Positions 39,120 through 54,404 of a stretch of 64,000 bases of DNA are shown here, piece by piece; the first letter of the stretch is position 1, and every line of letters starts with the position of its first letter. The stretch is taken from the NCBI RefSeq assembly GCF_006345805.1, contig NC_043004.1, positions 59,582,001-59,646,000 of the forward strand. The letters are read 5' to 3'. A program made the position numbers and the translations under genes. Source of the stretch: Octopus sinensis (taxonomy: Eukaryota). Below the pieces are notes generated by a model that was not told the origin of the DNA, did no database searches, and saw only the letters and a program-made list of their open reading frames with translations.

Positions 39120-41274
39120 AAGAGAGAGAGAAATAGGAAGAAAGAAAGAAAGAAAAAGAGAGAGGAATAGGCAGAAAGAAAGAAAGAAAAAGTGAGAGAA
39201 ACTTGTCAATTTTGTTAGTGTAGCTATTCCCTGTGTTTTAAAGTCGTGCGACCATATTTGTGAGAATACAGGAAGAAAACGTGCGACGCAGTTAACGTTA
39301 AAACAATATAAGCGGCCAGTCGGGAAAAAAATTCAACTTAAGTTAATCCTAACCATTAATGATCAAATGTCTAGAACTGAATGCATTTTATAACAAATAT
39401 TAAGAACGGAGTATCTTTGTTAGCACGCACCACAAAGTTTCCTCGTTTCTCACATATACAACCAAAACACTGAGAGTTTTGGAACGTATCACACATCACC
39501 AAATTCTACATCTTTTCAAATTTAGTAACTAATTAACATACAAAACGTGGACTCATTTTTATGGGCAAAACATTAACACTAGTTGATGCTGTGCATACAC
39601 ACATAATCCTTATACCATGCATAAAAATTCAACTGCCAAATGAGGAGACTGATATTTCAACGCTGCAGTTCCTAAGGCGATGCTCACTTCACATCATATT
39701 ATTCCGAGGAATTACACAAGAATCGCTCTAAAGATCTTCAATAGAATGTTCGCTGCGTACAGCTATTCTTTTAGGCCAAGGGATAGCAAACGCGCATTAC
39801 TTTGGTACGTTGTATCCAAAGACTTGATAACGAAAAGAAAATGTTGCTCATGTAGCGTGAAGCATCCTTAACAAGATTCCACATTTTTTGCTTTTAGCAT
39901 GGAAGTGCAGAATTTGTGTCTCTATGAATTAGCATAAATTAAAGAGGCACGTTTTATCATTTAAATGTATTTAGATTTCATACTGCTCTAATCAACGGGT
40001 TCAGTATTATCTATTTTCAAGTTATTAGGTAATAGCACCGTGTCATAATTTACGCTGAATCTTTAATTAAATTCCAGTGGAATATTTCTCATGAAAGCAA
40101 ATGTATCAACGCATATCTATTGCATCTGATATGCCCCATAAAACCAATGTTAAATCCGTTTGCTTCTTCGGCACATGACTCGACAACATTTGAAATATCA
40201 GATACGTTTGCACGTTGGTGAGACTTTGAGTAAGGCAAATTTAAGTTACAAAATGTTAACGCAAGTACACGCGTTTACAACCAGACACACACACACACAC
40301 ACAAGTACACACGTGTGAAAACACACAAACGCTCACACACACCGAGTTCGTGTGCGCTAGCACATGCGTGTGTTTGCATACGAATGCATTTATATTTTGC
40401 CCAAAACAAATAGGCTTATCTAATAAATGATCGCCAGCCATTCTCCTCAGCAACATACAAAAGATAGGCTTGCTTCGCTGAGGAGGGTCAAACTAATATA
40501 TACAAGCCATAGTTTCATATCAGTAGTTGTTGGAACATCCGGCGTATTCTGCCCCAAGAATGCTTACACTTCGCCATCAAAATGAGACGAAAATCTTTCA
40601 GCTAAGGACACAACACAAACTAAGCTGAACAGCTGATGCAATAGATATCGTTAGCCTTTCTTATCGACATCAGGAAGTGCAAATACGTCAAATAATTCAC
40701 GAGAAAATGCAGAATTTATCTATTTCTCTGAAATTAATGGAATTTAATTATTTCATTGAATTAAGAAGAAAAGGAAAGAAATCATATAAGCGTATAGAAA
40801 GGAAACAAAAATTTAGACGTGTCTGTAAATCTTTCTTACTGATGGCATTTCTTTCTTAAATATATTTTGTAGGGTCTTCTTGGTCCAACAATTTGGGGGC
40901 GAAATATTTTCAAATCTAAATATATTTCATTGCGAAAGTGAATTTGATACATATTACCGTATTTGTCACATTGTGATAAAAATCAATATAAAATTAAATT
41001 TCAGTGTTATGAAACAAAGAACATTTGCAGAGTTGTTTGGCCTAGGGTAAGGCCTAGCAGCATTTGTTCTGGCTAATGGAAATTCTGAACTCATCGATGT
41101 CATCTTTGCCTTCTCCCTCTTTGCCATCACCGCATCTGAAGCAATGCAGTGATAGTCAAAGAGTGACGTTGATGCCGTTGACTAACAAAACATTGCAAAC
41201 TGATTCACTTTGTGCCTAATTCAGAAATTATTGCATTGGGTGAATTATTTGACTCAATACAATATTATTTAAGC

Positions 41275-41455
41275 AGGGAGCTTGCAGAATTGTCAGCACG
41301 ACCGGCGATATGCTTAGCCGTGTTTCGCCCAGGGTCGACTTTGCCTTGCATCCTTTCAGGATCGATAAATTAAGTAGCAGTGAAACACTAGGATCGTGTA
41401 ACCGACTGGTTCCCTCCCCATCAAATTTCTGACCTGCCTTCATTAGAAAGGATTA
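41275..41455 (+). mobile_element. SINE family B, diverged/deleted
   Basis: GGTCGACTTTGCCTTGCATCCTTTCAGGATCGATAAATTAAGTA. Confidence 0.7.
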
Positions 41456-41680
41456 TTATTATTCCTTCGTAACACAGTGTAGGTAAAACTGCGCCGGAAT
41501 CTTTAGTCATCTGTCAAGTCACAAGGACCTCAGACAGATAATATTTTCCTTAAGATGTGCGCTGTATCCAATAAGGCTGCTTTTTGCAAGACATCAGTTC
41601 TGCACGGGATTTCCAGTTGCCATAAGAAGTCTTGAAGTTTCAACGGTATTGAGCCCAACGCTCCAACCACTACAATTTCC
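41452..41680 (-). mobile_element. R4/Dong-like non-LTR retrotransposon, extreme 3' fragment
   Basis: Minus strand EIVVVGALGSIP...LQKAALLDTAHILRKILSV*, short UTR, (TAA)n tail; same motif as the 49171 ORF. Confidence 0.8.
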
Positions 41681-44434
41681 CCTAGTTCGTCCGTAATGTT
41701 TTAAGAAAGTAGCTATATTTGGTTGCTATTTCGAGCACATCGAGCGACCACATATGGGACCACTCCCTTTTCTCATTGCTTACTCGTGCTTACTCATCAG
41801 TTCTCCAACTCTGATAAATATCGGCGCCACATCACCAAAATACATTATTATTCATTTTTGCCCTCCCACTCTTAAACATTAAAAGCAAAAATATCATTTG
41901 CGTCCATATAAGCTTCTTTTGTTGGCCATGGGTTTGAGCAAATTGAGAAAAAAATGCTTTTAAACCATCTTAGCTTTATTAAACCTTTTTTCCAATATTT
42001 ACAGTCCCCCACCCCATGAGTCGGAGTATGGGGGCTGGTAGTCCTTCATCACGGGAAACTCTGCGGTACTGGGCATATACGTCTCGTAAATTTCCATTAA
42101 TTTTTTTACAGTGCAATCAATAAAATCCATTCAACAATGAATGAGGAACCTCTCCCCTCTGATATAATTGAAACCTTTCATGCGTGACGAAGTAGAAGTC
42201 TACTGGAAGCTTCTATGTTATCAACAACATTTATAAGTCAATTTCAGTAATATCATACATTTATAACGACTTTCACAATGAATTATGAGTCAGATATTTA
42301 ATATATTCAAACAATAAATTTCAAGTAGTTTAGTTAACCGTCTATAGATGAAGGAGTTGCAAATACACTGCAATATAGCTGCAGTAAGGAATCGAAAATA
42401 CGTAACAGATACATTATCTGTCCAAAATATCCTAATTGCCCAAAATATCAAAAGTAAATGCTCAACACCAATTCCTATTTTCAAAATAGGGAGGAGGTTA
42501 TTTTAGACTGGCGCCAATACTTGAAACTTGTAAACTGAGAGAATTATAAGCACTGAAGGAACATATTTGTGTATGAAAATGAAATGATGCGATGAGGCTT
42601 CAGTCTACCATTTAAGAACAGGAGCAAAACACTCTCCAACAAATTCCCCAGTTTTCGTTTACAAATTTACCTCACATTGATTTGCTCGACACGATTGATA
42701 ATCACTTAGAGGAATCGAAATTAAAGTCACTAGTTGGCGTAGAAGACTTTTTATCTACGCATATTTCTTTCTCAAAATGCCTCAAAATGATTTCTACTTA
42801 AATATTTCATACAGCACATTTTTCCAATAAAGAGAAATTATATATAATCTTGGTAATTATTTTTACAAAAAATATTTGTATTACTTAAACACTGCTCAAC
42901 TACAGCTGAAGATGCTTATGATGAAAGACGTTCCTACGGTGACTGTCCCGTCCTTTTAATAGTAACACACACAGTGACCCTTCAGATTTTGCGCTTTCAG
43001 TTCGGTCAATAAAGATAGTATCGGTCAATAAAGATAGTATCTGTTCCATATTGAGGCTAGTGTTTATTTATCTTTATCATATTTCCCATGCAATAAATCC
43101 AATGTGGCAAGATTTGGAGAATTTAAAAATCCCCTAGAAACTTCTGATTGTGCCTCCTCCACATCTCCAGTACACAGCGTTGGACTACAGAATGGACAGA
43201 AAGACCTTCACTACCAAACTTGTATTTTCCTTCTTTAAGACCTTAATATGTGATTGTCAAAGATTTAGATACTATTTGGAGAGATCATCGAGGGTTTTAA
43301 GTATTGGCTCTTAAACCTACCGTTGTGCTATTGCTGTTTAGCACCTTCACGATTTCAATATTTGTTTTCAAATCCTTCAGTTTAAAAACTGCACCACCTG
43401 GCTGAATAGATAATGTATATATATCATTAATCATCTTAAATTTATTGAATAGATTACATTCTATTCTCGTTTCAATAGAACCTGTAGCAAAGCGCCAGGC
43501 GTCGAAACTGGCGAGTGAATGTTTTACTAACGTAGGCTTTGCCTTTCCTGGCTGCTTCAGATTCTCATATAGTTGCTGAGTAGACACATTTCCGGACTTC
43601 AGTTGTTGACCTTGAAAGTCATTCAGGAGATAACGATCATATATTTAAGTATAGATGTATTTGATTGCACTTAAAATAGATGTGGATGACGAGTTTAATG
43701 ATACAATACACTATCGAGTCATGGAATTGAACATACAATCGCATGAAGATAAGCCAAATACTGCTAGCTTCTAAGCAACATGTATTCATATAGCGTTTGG
43801 CTGGCTAAGAAAAACATTATTTAGAATTCATTCGTATGGAAAAAAGACCTATTACCAAGCTGTAATTTTTGTTTTGGATTCACTATTTAAAAGTAACACA
43901 AGTATGATAACCAGCGTATACAAAAATGTTATAGGAAATAAAACGTTTCTATATACGCACATCTTTTCATGTCTTAGTGAGTGTGTGTGACTGATAGGTC
44001 AATGAAATGAGTGTATTTATGACATGGTACAATGGTAATTGCATACAGTTTCGACAAATTATTTGGTGTAACTATTCCATTTACCGAAAATACTGTGCTT
44101 TGCTGTAGAACACAACGGTTTGCAACCAGCCAGGCGATTTACAAATATGCAACATTGACTTGGTTTGAATAGGAGTTGTAATTTAAAACCGCTTCCACAG
44201 AAATATGTCATCATCATCATCGTCATCATCAGTATTATTATAATTAGTAGTAGGAGTAATAGAAGCAGAGCTGGCGATTAAGTTAAAAGCATTGCAAATT
44301 CTCCATTGCTTGACTGAAAATATTCATATTCTTCTTCATTCGCCTGAAGATATTTGGCAAATTTCATCGAGATTAATTCCACTATGTCTTCTCTGCTTAT
44401 AGTTTAATCTAATTTATATTACTCTGATAAAACG

Positions 44435-44823
<389 letters not shown>

Positions 44824-45188
44824 AAACACACACAAACACAGCAAAAAAGACAAAACATAAACCTACATCTTCAAACACTCATAAGTGTAGACGAGGATCT
44901 TTTTTTAAAATTGAAAATAATAAATATAAATATAAGTACTAAATACATAATTTCCAAATATCTTCTACGGACGTCATACTGATTGTGGAATTGGTTTCCT
45001 GATCAATGATTTTTTTCAATCGTAGCTTTTTTTAATTTAATACCCTTAAACCAGTACTTATCACACGTTACTCCATAATGTCTACCTAGATTTGTCATGG
45101 ATGTTTTTCGAAAATATATATCAAGGCGTTACAATATCCATACCTACGTTTTGAGCCTTTTGCAAAACGTGTCATGTGCCATTTTGTT

Positions 45189-45273
45189 ATAGAAAAAATG
45201 TGTGAACAGCAGCAAAAACAAAAGAACCAACACCACCACTACTACTACTACAATAACAATAAAAACAACAACA

Positions 45274-45355
<82 letters not shown>

Positions 45356-46038
45356 GAAAGCTTTAAACACGATAAGTAAAATAAGGTGAGCAATATTACA
45401 CTGCACATTTTATTAAAAATTTTCACTTTAAATCGGTTTATCTATTTCTTAAACTTTACCATAGGAAGCGCAATGTAAACTTTATTTTCGTTTCATGTTA
45501 CGTGTATCACTTATATTGTGGTTGATATTAAATATACCACGTAGTCAAAAAGGGAGGTAAATATTTTGAACTACTGTGTTAACCATGAACTTGAGAACTA
45601 CCATCTTTCCTAAGATACATAAAGATAGAGCAAAATGTTCGCAATACAAATAGCAATAACTAAAGATATAGAAAAAAAGCACGGTATAATCTGTCACATT
45701 TAAAGCACATTTTAATTAATCACAGTTTCGTTATCTTCTGTTTCTAACTGATACAGTGATCCATAAATAAGTAGAATTCGAGAAGCTTTGGCAACACAGT
45801 CGTTAAACTGCAGTAATAGAATATACGGATACAAAATGGTTGTTGGTTGCTGTTGACAAGAAGAAAATAGTAAACTAGAAATGTTAACAAGTTCACAAGG
45901 AAAATAGAGAAAATGTGTGAACAGCAGCAAAAACAAAAGAACCACCAACACCACCACTACTACTACTACTACAATAACAATAACAACAACAACAGTAATA
46001 ATAATAATGATAATAATAATAATAATAATAATACTAAC

Positions 46039-46093
<55 letters not shown>

Positions 46094-46110
46094 TGGAAGC
46101 TTTAAACACG
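45189..46110. repeat. Direct duplication of a ~190-bp (TAA)n-containing block
   Basis: AAAATGTGTGAACAGCAGCAAAAACAAAAGAACCA...(TAA)n...AAGCTTTAAACACG at 45189-45371 and 45904-46110. Confidence 0.9.
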
Positions 46111-47517
46111 TAGGGCATATGTACTATTCTATTCACACATTACCGATAAAGTTATGTACAAAATGTCTTGTTGAAAATTCGTCTTATCAGAAACAAGTTT
46201 CAACGGACGCAAATAGTCGTACGACTGCGTCATATAGATTATTATCGACCAGTCGGCTTCCAGTATAGTGGTCAAGCAACTTCTATACTCAGCAAGTATT
46301 AATTTATGATGAACAGAGCAAATGTAGGAGAAATTACAATACATACAAATGTATATTATTGGTTCCTACGTATGTTTCACCATTGTAGTGGTTTTAAATT
46401 TTGTATTAGATGTTCTAAATGTAATTGGATGCATAACCACTACGGACCGTCAGGGAAGACATTATTGCATTATGTTACAGACAACTAAAGCTACACATTA
46501 GCGTTTAACATGATTTCTCCTACAAATAAACACACACGCACTTTCTGTCTTGCTCTCTCTCTCTCTCTCTCTCTCTCTCACGCATAAACACACACAGAGA
46601 CACACGCACACACACATAACACGCATACAGACACACATACATATATAATTTAAAACAAAACTTTAAATAACTATCTGATGTCCTCATCATCTTCAACTTC
46701 GAATATTGCTCTTCAATCTGATGAAAAAATTTATGACCATCTATGGCTGTATTATCAAATGTATCCTTTCCTAGACTTAATGGTAATTAGTTTACTATTT
46801 CATTTGAAGAAAAATCATAGAGCGTCCTTTGTTTAGCCTCATTCAAGCCCTAGTAGAGCAGACCTGTGAATTTAAGATATATCTAAAAGTGTATTTCACG
46901 TCCACTTGAGAACGTCTAGAACTGCGGCGTTCAGTGCGTTCTTACCTTATCAAAGATGGTATGTGTAATCTACGGAAAACATGATTACGCTTTTAGCGGA
47001 GGGACTATCTGGGTAGAGGCCCACTCATTCTTTGATATGTTGTTATTATTGTAACAGTAGTTGTAACGACGGTGTTGTCCCTGTAACAAATGAAAATCTG
47101 AAGAAAACGAACGTGGTAGTGAACTCCCATACAAAATATTAGGAATTGATCAGGTAATTGACCCTAGTCTATATGGCGAATCCTCTGTACCCCAGGATGG
47201 TTCACCTCTCCACCCCTTAAAAGCCACCGTTTACGGAATGACGATAACAACTTAGCTTTCGCGCCCATGCAACCGCCAGTCTATCGCATGTACTGGGTGG
47301 ATCTTCAAGTTGCCACACGTATTCTTAGTAGCTTAGAGTAGGCACGAATTTGAGATCATTCCTTGTGGCTAATGGCGTGAGTCCTGGTTGGAAGAAGAAG
47401 TCCTCAGTTGGCGCGTACGCAAGTTCACACATACGAACACACATATAGGTATGTGAGTATATATCTGTATATGTGTGCGTGCGCGTGTTTGTGTTTGTGT
47501 GTGTATGTGTGTATGTG

Positions 47518-47722
47518 AAGGCGCGTGGTTTGATGGTTAGAGTGTTGCAATCATGATTGTAAAATTGCGGTTTCTATTCCTACTCTAGGAGACGCATTTG
47601 TTGCGTTTTCGGTAAAACGCTTCAATTCACGTTAGCCAGTTGAACAGCTGAGTAACTGTTCAGGAGGGAATATACATGCCATGGAATCCGTGAAACAGAC
47701 CTTATGAGCCCATGCCTAGAGA
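47518..47722 (+). mobile_element. Very old SINE with family-C-like head and type-2-like tail
   Basis: GGCGCGTGGTTTGATGGTTAG, GGTTTCTATTCC, GAAACAGACCTTATGAGCC. Confidence 0.5.
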
Positions 47723-47759
47723 AGAAACTCTGATCCTTTCACACACGCACGAGTGCATA

Positions 47760-47898
<139 letters not shown>

Positions 47899-48383
47899 TG
47901 TGTATATTAGTAATTTCTGAAGTTAGTCGGCACTTTTCTATTTCCTGGCGACTGAAACTGCGCTTGCGCGGTGAATATGAAAAATTATAATATATAATGA
48001 TGAGTCACGTATTATTCTGTCTAACTTATATATGTTAATGTTTGGCGTACCCACTGACGGGAACTTCGCCTACCAAATTATTTTATTTGCTAATTAAAGT
48101 TTGAAGCATAGGTCTGGCCGTAAAAAGCACGGTAAAAGTTATTAGTTTTCCATCCCTTCGAAATTGCTCTTAAATGTGGTTTTCGATGTTTTGGCTGCTC
48201 CTTCTTTTTGCGTTTAAATGTACACTAATTTTATATAGATAGATAGGTAGATAGATAGATATTTATAAATTGTAGTTAATCTTTACAAGTGTAATTATAG
48301 AAAAAATGCTGTTGAAAATACACATAGAATAAATGGGAATTAGAATGTACTTAGATTTTAAAAAATAGGTATACACTATACCG

Positions 48384-48682
48384 GAACACCCAATGTTTCC
48401 AGAGGTGAATTATTCAAACCCCAAAGAATCCTTCTCAACACATGGCTATGATGCTCCCCCACTACTTCTGCTCGTGATCAGAGATGCACATATCGTCAGC
48501 CACTAAGGGACATGCTCAACTGGTTACGGTCAAACAACTGACAAGCAAATCTGTGGTATTGAGCAGAATATTTGCTGTAGCCCATCTTTTATACCAAGAC
48601 AAAACAATGTACATGATAACACTTCCAATCAGTTAAGATCAGAAGCCATGAGAGCCACTGCCTGGTACTGCATCAGGGCATT
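48384..48682 (+). mobile_element. Probable retroelement 3' end preceding a (TAT)n tail
   Basis: GC-richer block ending GCCACTGCCTGGTACTGCATCAGGGCA directly into (TAT)n; single copy here. Confidence 0.4.
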
Positions 48683-48793
48683 TTATTATTATTATTATTA
48701 TTATTATTACTACTATTATTATTATTAGTATTATTGTTATCATCATTATTATTATTACTACTATTATTATTATTAGTATTATTGTTATCATCA

Positions 48794-48870
<77 letters not shown>

Positions 48871-48900
48871 GATTATTATTACTACTATTATTATTATTAG

Positions 48901-48948
<48 letters not shown>

Positions 48949-48949
48949 G

Positions 48950-48979
<30 letters not shown>

Positions 48980-48980
<1 letters not shown>

Positions 48981-49713
48981 TATATTTGACTTTTGCTTTA
49001 TATTTGTACAAGTTGGCTACAAGTCTTACCCAGAGACCTCAAGAGATAACAGGCTGGAAGTTCGTGCTGTTGTTATGCCTAGTGTGGCGTATATTTGGTT
49101 TTGTATTTAGTGTTGTACTAGTGAATGTCTACAAAAAAAAGGAAAATTATGTTTGTTTTAAAACTTGAGATTACATACAAAGTATTTTGCGTATGATATG
49201 AGCAGTTCCCATGAGTACCATCTCTTGAATTTCTGCCATTTTGGGGTTTCCTGGTATCTGAGTTAGGTAGCGATCAGCCCTTTTTGCTATCATTCCCAGG
49301 GCACCTATGACAACAGGTATTGTTTTAGTCTTCAGGTTCCACATTTTGCTGATTTCTATTTCAAGATCTTTATATTTGCTCAGTTTTTGGTAGGTCTTGA
49401 CAGATACGTTTATATCGATTGGGACAGTCATATCAATGAGGAGGCATGTTCTTTGTTTGAAGTCTTTCAATATGATGTCTGGCCTATTTGCATCTATCTT
49501 CCTGTCAGTTTGAATGGTGAAGTTCCAGAGGAGTGAGATGTGGTCATTTTCAAGCACTGAATGTGGTTTGTGTTCCCACTAGTTTTTATCACGCGGCAAA
49601 TCCAGATTTTTGCAGATTACCCAATGAATATATTTGTTGAGATACTCTGCAGGCGCAAGAAGACTGCACTTGGAGACAACATGATCAATGGTTTCATTTT
49701 GTTGTTGACATAC
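48980..49713 (-). mobile_element. 5'-truncated R4/Dong-like LINE (restriction-like endonuclease domain) within (TAA)n
   Basis: ORF 49171-49557 LLWNFTIQTDRKIDANRPDII...LLIDMTVP...KLSKYKDL...IPVVIGALG...GTAHIIRK (PD..D RLE); zinc-knuckle remnant ETIDHVVSKC upstream; (TAA)n on both sides. Confidence 0.92.
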
Positions 49714-49747
49714 ATTATTATTATTATCATTATTATTATTATTATTA

Positions 49748-49823
<76 letters not shown>

Positions 49824-52363
49824 TCTTATTATTATCATTATTATTATTTTCTATTTGAATTCACTCCCATACATGAAAATTTAATGTGAAACCAGTCAAG
49901 TGTATAGTATATGAACATATACATGAACTCAGAATAAGAAAATTGTTGGAAAATCATATCTTTGAGTTGCATGCTTCATATTAACTAGAATTACTGAATT
50001 GTTGGCTATCGTGGAAGGCAAGAAATGATTATTGTTACTGGTGCACAGTATGAACGAAGCAATTTTCTTACATATCAACTCCAGCATTAAATATGTTTTA
50101 CATTGAATTTCGGCATATTGATATCTTTCTTGACATAAGTCAGTTCTATTGAACAACGGTTTATTCGGCATGTATTTCAGGCTAGCAATCGAATGTGCTT
50201 ATGCTGATATTACTGCATTTGTGCAAAATTGTTTAGATGCGAGCGGAAGTTCAAGTGTTCCATTTTTAGCTAATAAACATCGCAAGTGAAATAAAATGGT
50301 TTGTTACGAACTATTTCACACAAAGACTAGTATTCAAATATACACATATTCGCCTAAACAGAAACGTACTTCACATGTCAGTAGAGGGATATGGAAGCTG
50401 TGACGTTCAGTTATTTCTGAAGGTAATAATGATATAATATAAATATGTAATGGATCTCTTACAAATTCGATCTTAACAAAGACACGAATGAATATAATCG
50501 TATACTTCTTTCTCTTGTTTCGCTAGCATTAGTTTCAATAGTATATTCCATTGAAAATTTGATACAAATCATATAATATCAAGACAATATCCTAGAAATT
50601 TGTGAGGATTGCTAACTGGTTTGTGTTACAGTTATAGATAGTAATATATTCTACAAGTAACAGCTCAAACTATTTATACATGCAGGTACAAATTCTCAAG
50701 CAAATGTGAATATCGTTACTAACCGACCCACGAAGAGTTCTTTACATAAAATAATTGGAAGATGCACTTCTTGTTTAATAAGTTAAATGTAATTTTTTCT
50801 TAATTGCGTACGGTTGCACTCTGAATTAAAATTCCACTGTGATATCTGTGGATTTCATCTTTTTTAGAATCGAGATAATATTCGCGACTTGAGCATTGAA
50901 GCTAATTGAATCGGTTATTACAAATTCCATCACATTTGAAGTCATGCGCCACTTAAGGAACTGATTATTTCTTTATTCTTTATTTGGATGATGTAACTTT
51001 TTAATACCAGGCTTTCCACAAGATTAGTGTGTGATATTCGATGCTGACAAGGCTAGTTATAGTATTTTTATTAAAGAGGATGGAGTGGAATCCATAGCTT
51101 TTCCATGGCATCTCTCAGTTTGTAGAAGTCGAAGAATTTGATGCTCAAATTGAATTACAGCAGATCGATACAGAGAAAGAGAGAGCAAGTGAGAGAGTGA
51201 GTGAGTGAGAGAGGGAGAGAGAGAGAGATAGAGAAAGAAAGTCTGTGTTTAATAATATGCAGGTTGCCGTGATATGTGAAATAAATCCATCTTGGATTAA
51301 TTTAAAATTATTCATCGACGCAGTTGAGAGATTTACAAGTTAGCACTCATATTTTGAAATTTTAAATGTAATTTAATCTGACAAATTGAATTTCTTTGTG
51401 CACTGTATCCGCGGTACATTGTACGACGAAATGCATGATGGCTTTTCTTTATCCTTGCAGCTTTGTGATGTGACTTAGAGGTTGATTAACATAATCAATA
51501 TTACTTTAGTCCATGATTGACAGGCATATGTGATGAGCAGAGCAGACTGCATGATATATTAATTTTTAGGTCGGCCTTGTGCCAAAATTTGAAAGTATTA
51601 ATATTAGGGTTTATAGAGGGATAAATTATCTTATTTTAGACGTCTTAATAATAGCTCTAAGATAGCTTATTCATTAAATCATTGATATCGCCTGGCTGTC
51701 TTAGATGATTATTAAGAGGTCCATTGATATGCTGAAATTCTCTTGCCAGTATTTTCAACCTATCGATTTCTAAAAATTTCACTCGTGATTTTTATACCAA
51801 ACTTAATGTTGAACATGGTTATGTTTGATTAGAAACTGATGTATTTTATTAATAATTAACTTATTACATTGGTACCGTAGATAATTTAATTTTTATGTGT
51901 TTAATGATTTATCAATTTCAGTAATTTGTTCTTTTTTCATTAATAAGTTAATCATATTTTGAATTTCAAATGACGACCTCACTATTTAAGTTAATGATAA
52001 ATCTAATGTTGATATTGATACGTTCATAAATTATTTCATTTGTACTATATAATTTGTGAGTAGCTATTTCAAGCTTATGTTCTTATCTATATTTCTTTTG
52101 TAGTGGAATTACTATCACCAAAATATACAAAAATCATTAGACTGCGAGAGTGATGAAAGATTGTACTGTATACATCGTGAGTTATTATTTTAGGCTTAGA
52201 GTATTGTTTATAGGTTTATATTTATACGAAAAGTTCCATTAGTAGTCGTATTATTAACAATATATACAAAAAGATTTAATTGTTATTATCAATGGAAGAA
52301 ATTGATTTGATATCATTTCAGTTAAGTCGAGTTTGCTGTAAAATACGGCAGCTGTTTGAATAA

Positions 52364-53920
52364 ATAAATTGTTAATCACGCTTTATGGTAGGTCACATTT
52401 TTGTTGATATTTTGAATATTACACATTATACAAAAGTGAAACTCGGTCCACCGAAAGATACTAGGTAAATACGTATGTAGAGAACATTTCAATCGTATTG
52501 ATAGGCTACATTCAAAGCCATGTTAATTTATGTATTTTGAAGTGCTTTCAACTGTGTCAGGCTTTATTGCAGATATACGAAAATGTCTCTGAAACGGCGT
52601 CTGACTGCTATAGAGGAGACGCAGATTGCTGCAGGTCTCACAGAAGGCTTATCTGTAGGAGAATTAGCCACAGAGCTTGGTCTGGATACAAGAATAATTG
52701 ATGATGTATGTGGAAAACTCCATCACCAAACCAGAACAAGATAAAGGTACGAGAAGTGTATTTCAGCATGACATCCGAAAAATATGTAGTCAAGAAAGAA
52801 AAGACCACTGAAATACAAATGCTGCCATACTTCAAAGTGCTGGGGTTGCTCCTTTCTCAAGAAGCACCCGGTGTAGGATCCTTTCAGAGATGGCCAGAAG
52901 TGCTAAGTGCATCGCTAAACCCATCCTAAGCAAGAACCACAGAGAAGCCTATTGATTGGACACATAATTGCATGAAGATCAATTTCCAGGATGTCCTGCC
53001 ATGGATGAGGCCAGACCTACTCTGTATGGCCCCGACGGATGGGTCATATTTGGGTATCTTTTGAAGCCTCTCATCCGCATCGCATTCGGCGTCACCAAGG
53101 AGGTGGTCCTGACATGTTTTGGGCGTGAATTATAGGAAATTAACTTGAGGGGCCTTTCCGAGTGCCAGAAGGTGTCAAACTCACCAACAACCCCGCCTTT
53201 CTGGAGGAGGATTTTGCAGCATGGTTAGATGATCTGTCACTCTCAGGTCGACGGCGATTGATTTTTATGCATGACAGTGTCCTTCGCATTCAGCCAAGGC
53301 TACAATTTCGTACCTCGATGCTTCTGAAGTCACACGCCAATCACTCATGACTTGGCCTCCCTGTTCTCCTGACCGAAACCCTATCGAACAATTCTGGTCG
53401 ATCTTGAAGAGGAAAGTCTATAAAAGAGGTATCCAGTTTTCATCGAAGAATGCTCTGTTGGTAAAGATAAAAAAAGGCTGCTAGTATCATAACATCTTCT
53501 CAGATTAGTCGGCTAAAAGCTTCTTTGTACAAAAGACTGTTTGATATAATTTCTAAACAAGGAAATTATGTAGAAAAATAAAGTACAACACCAACAATAT
53601 AATTTTGTTTTATATCTGTTGCTGCTATTCTTAGGTAGCGTGTCTCATTATTGCAATAAAATGGTAATATAACGAAAATACCTTGTTTCATTACCTTAAA
53701 TTGACATTTTCATACACTGCAATAAAGCCTGACACAGTTGATAGCACCTCAAATTACATAACTGAACACAACTTTGTAGCTTATCAATATAATTGAAATG
53801 TTCACCGTGTACGTACCTACATAGGATCTTTCTATGGAGCAAGTTTCATGGTTGTACAATGCTTAATACTCAAAATATCACCAAAAAGTTGACCTGTAAT
53901 AAAGTGTGATTCACAGTTTA
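52364..53920 (+). mobile_element. Full-length decayed Tc1-like transposon with ~220-bp TIRs
   Basis: TIRs ~52364-52587 and ~53703-53920 (CAACTGTGTCAGGCTTTATTGCAG vs CTGCAATAAAGCCTGACACAGTTG); motifs DEARPTLYGPDGW, RRHQGGG, FMHD, WPPCSPDRNPIEQFWSILKRKVY. Confidence 0.9.
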
Positions 53921-54404
53921 TAGAGTTTTATTATTTAAATTATTTATGTCTGGGCAATGTAGCAAGAGATAGAATGAAATCAAGAAATGTAAAAATATCG
54001 AAGTCTTAAAGTGCAAATTCTTATTCTACATCTTTCCTTTTATAATTTTTTTTCCACAAGAAGAGTAGTTAAATTATCGGCGAGTATTCGTTGTGCTATT
54101 TCTTTCGGTTCTTACGTTGAAATTTCAAATAACGTCGCAGTCAACTTTGCTCTTGAAACCCACGACCGATCCCTTAACAAAATCTGATCCTGTGCCTAAT
54201 CTGAAGGGAATATTTCTGCTCGCGAGAAACAAATTATACATTTTTGCATAACCCTGGTTATTACCTGCTGTTGACTACACATTTTATCTGCAGTCAATAT
54301 ATCAAAAATCTAACAGCTTCATCACATCATATTTCCTCCGTCACATCATCAAATTTCTTCACCTAAAGAATGTTGGTCCTATTTGTAATAATCCTTTCAA
54401 CTAA

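Noticed and set aside
43060-43587. 96-aa minus-strand ORF and neighbouring open frames
   Set aside because: No recognisable domain; length compatible with chance
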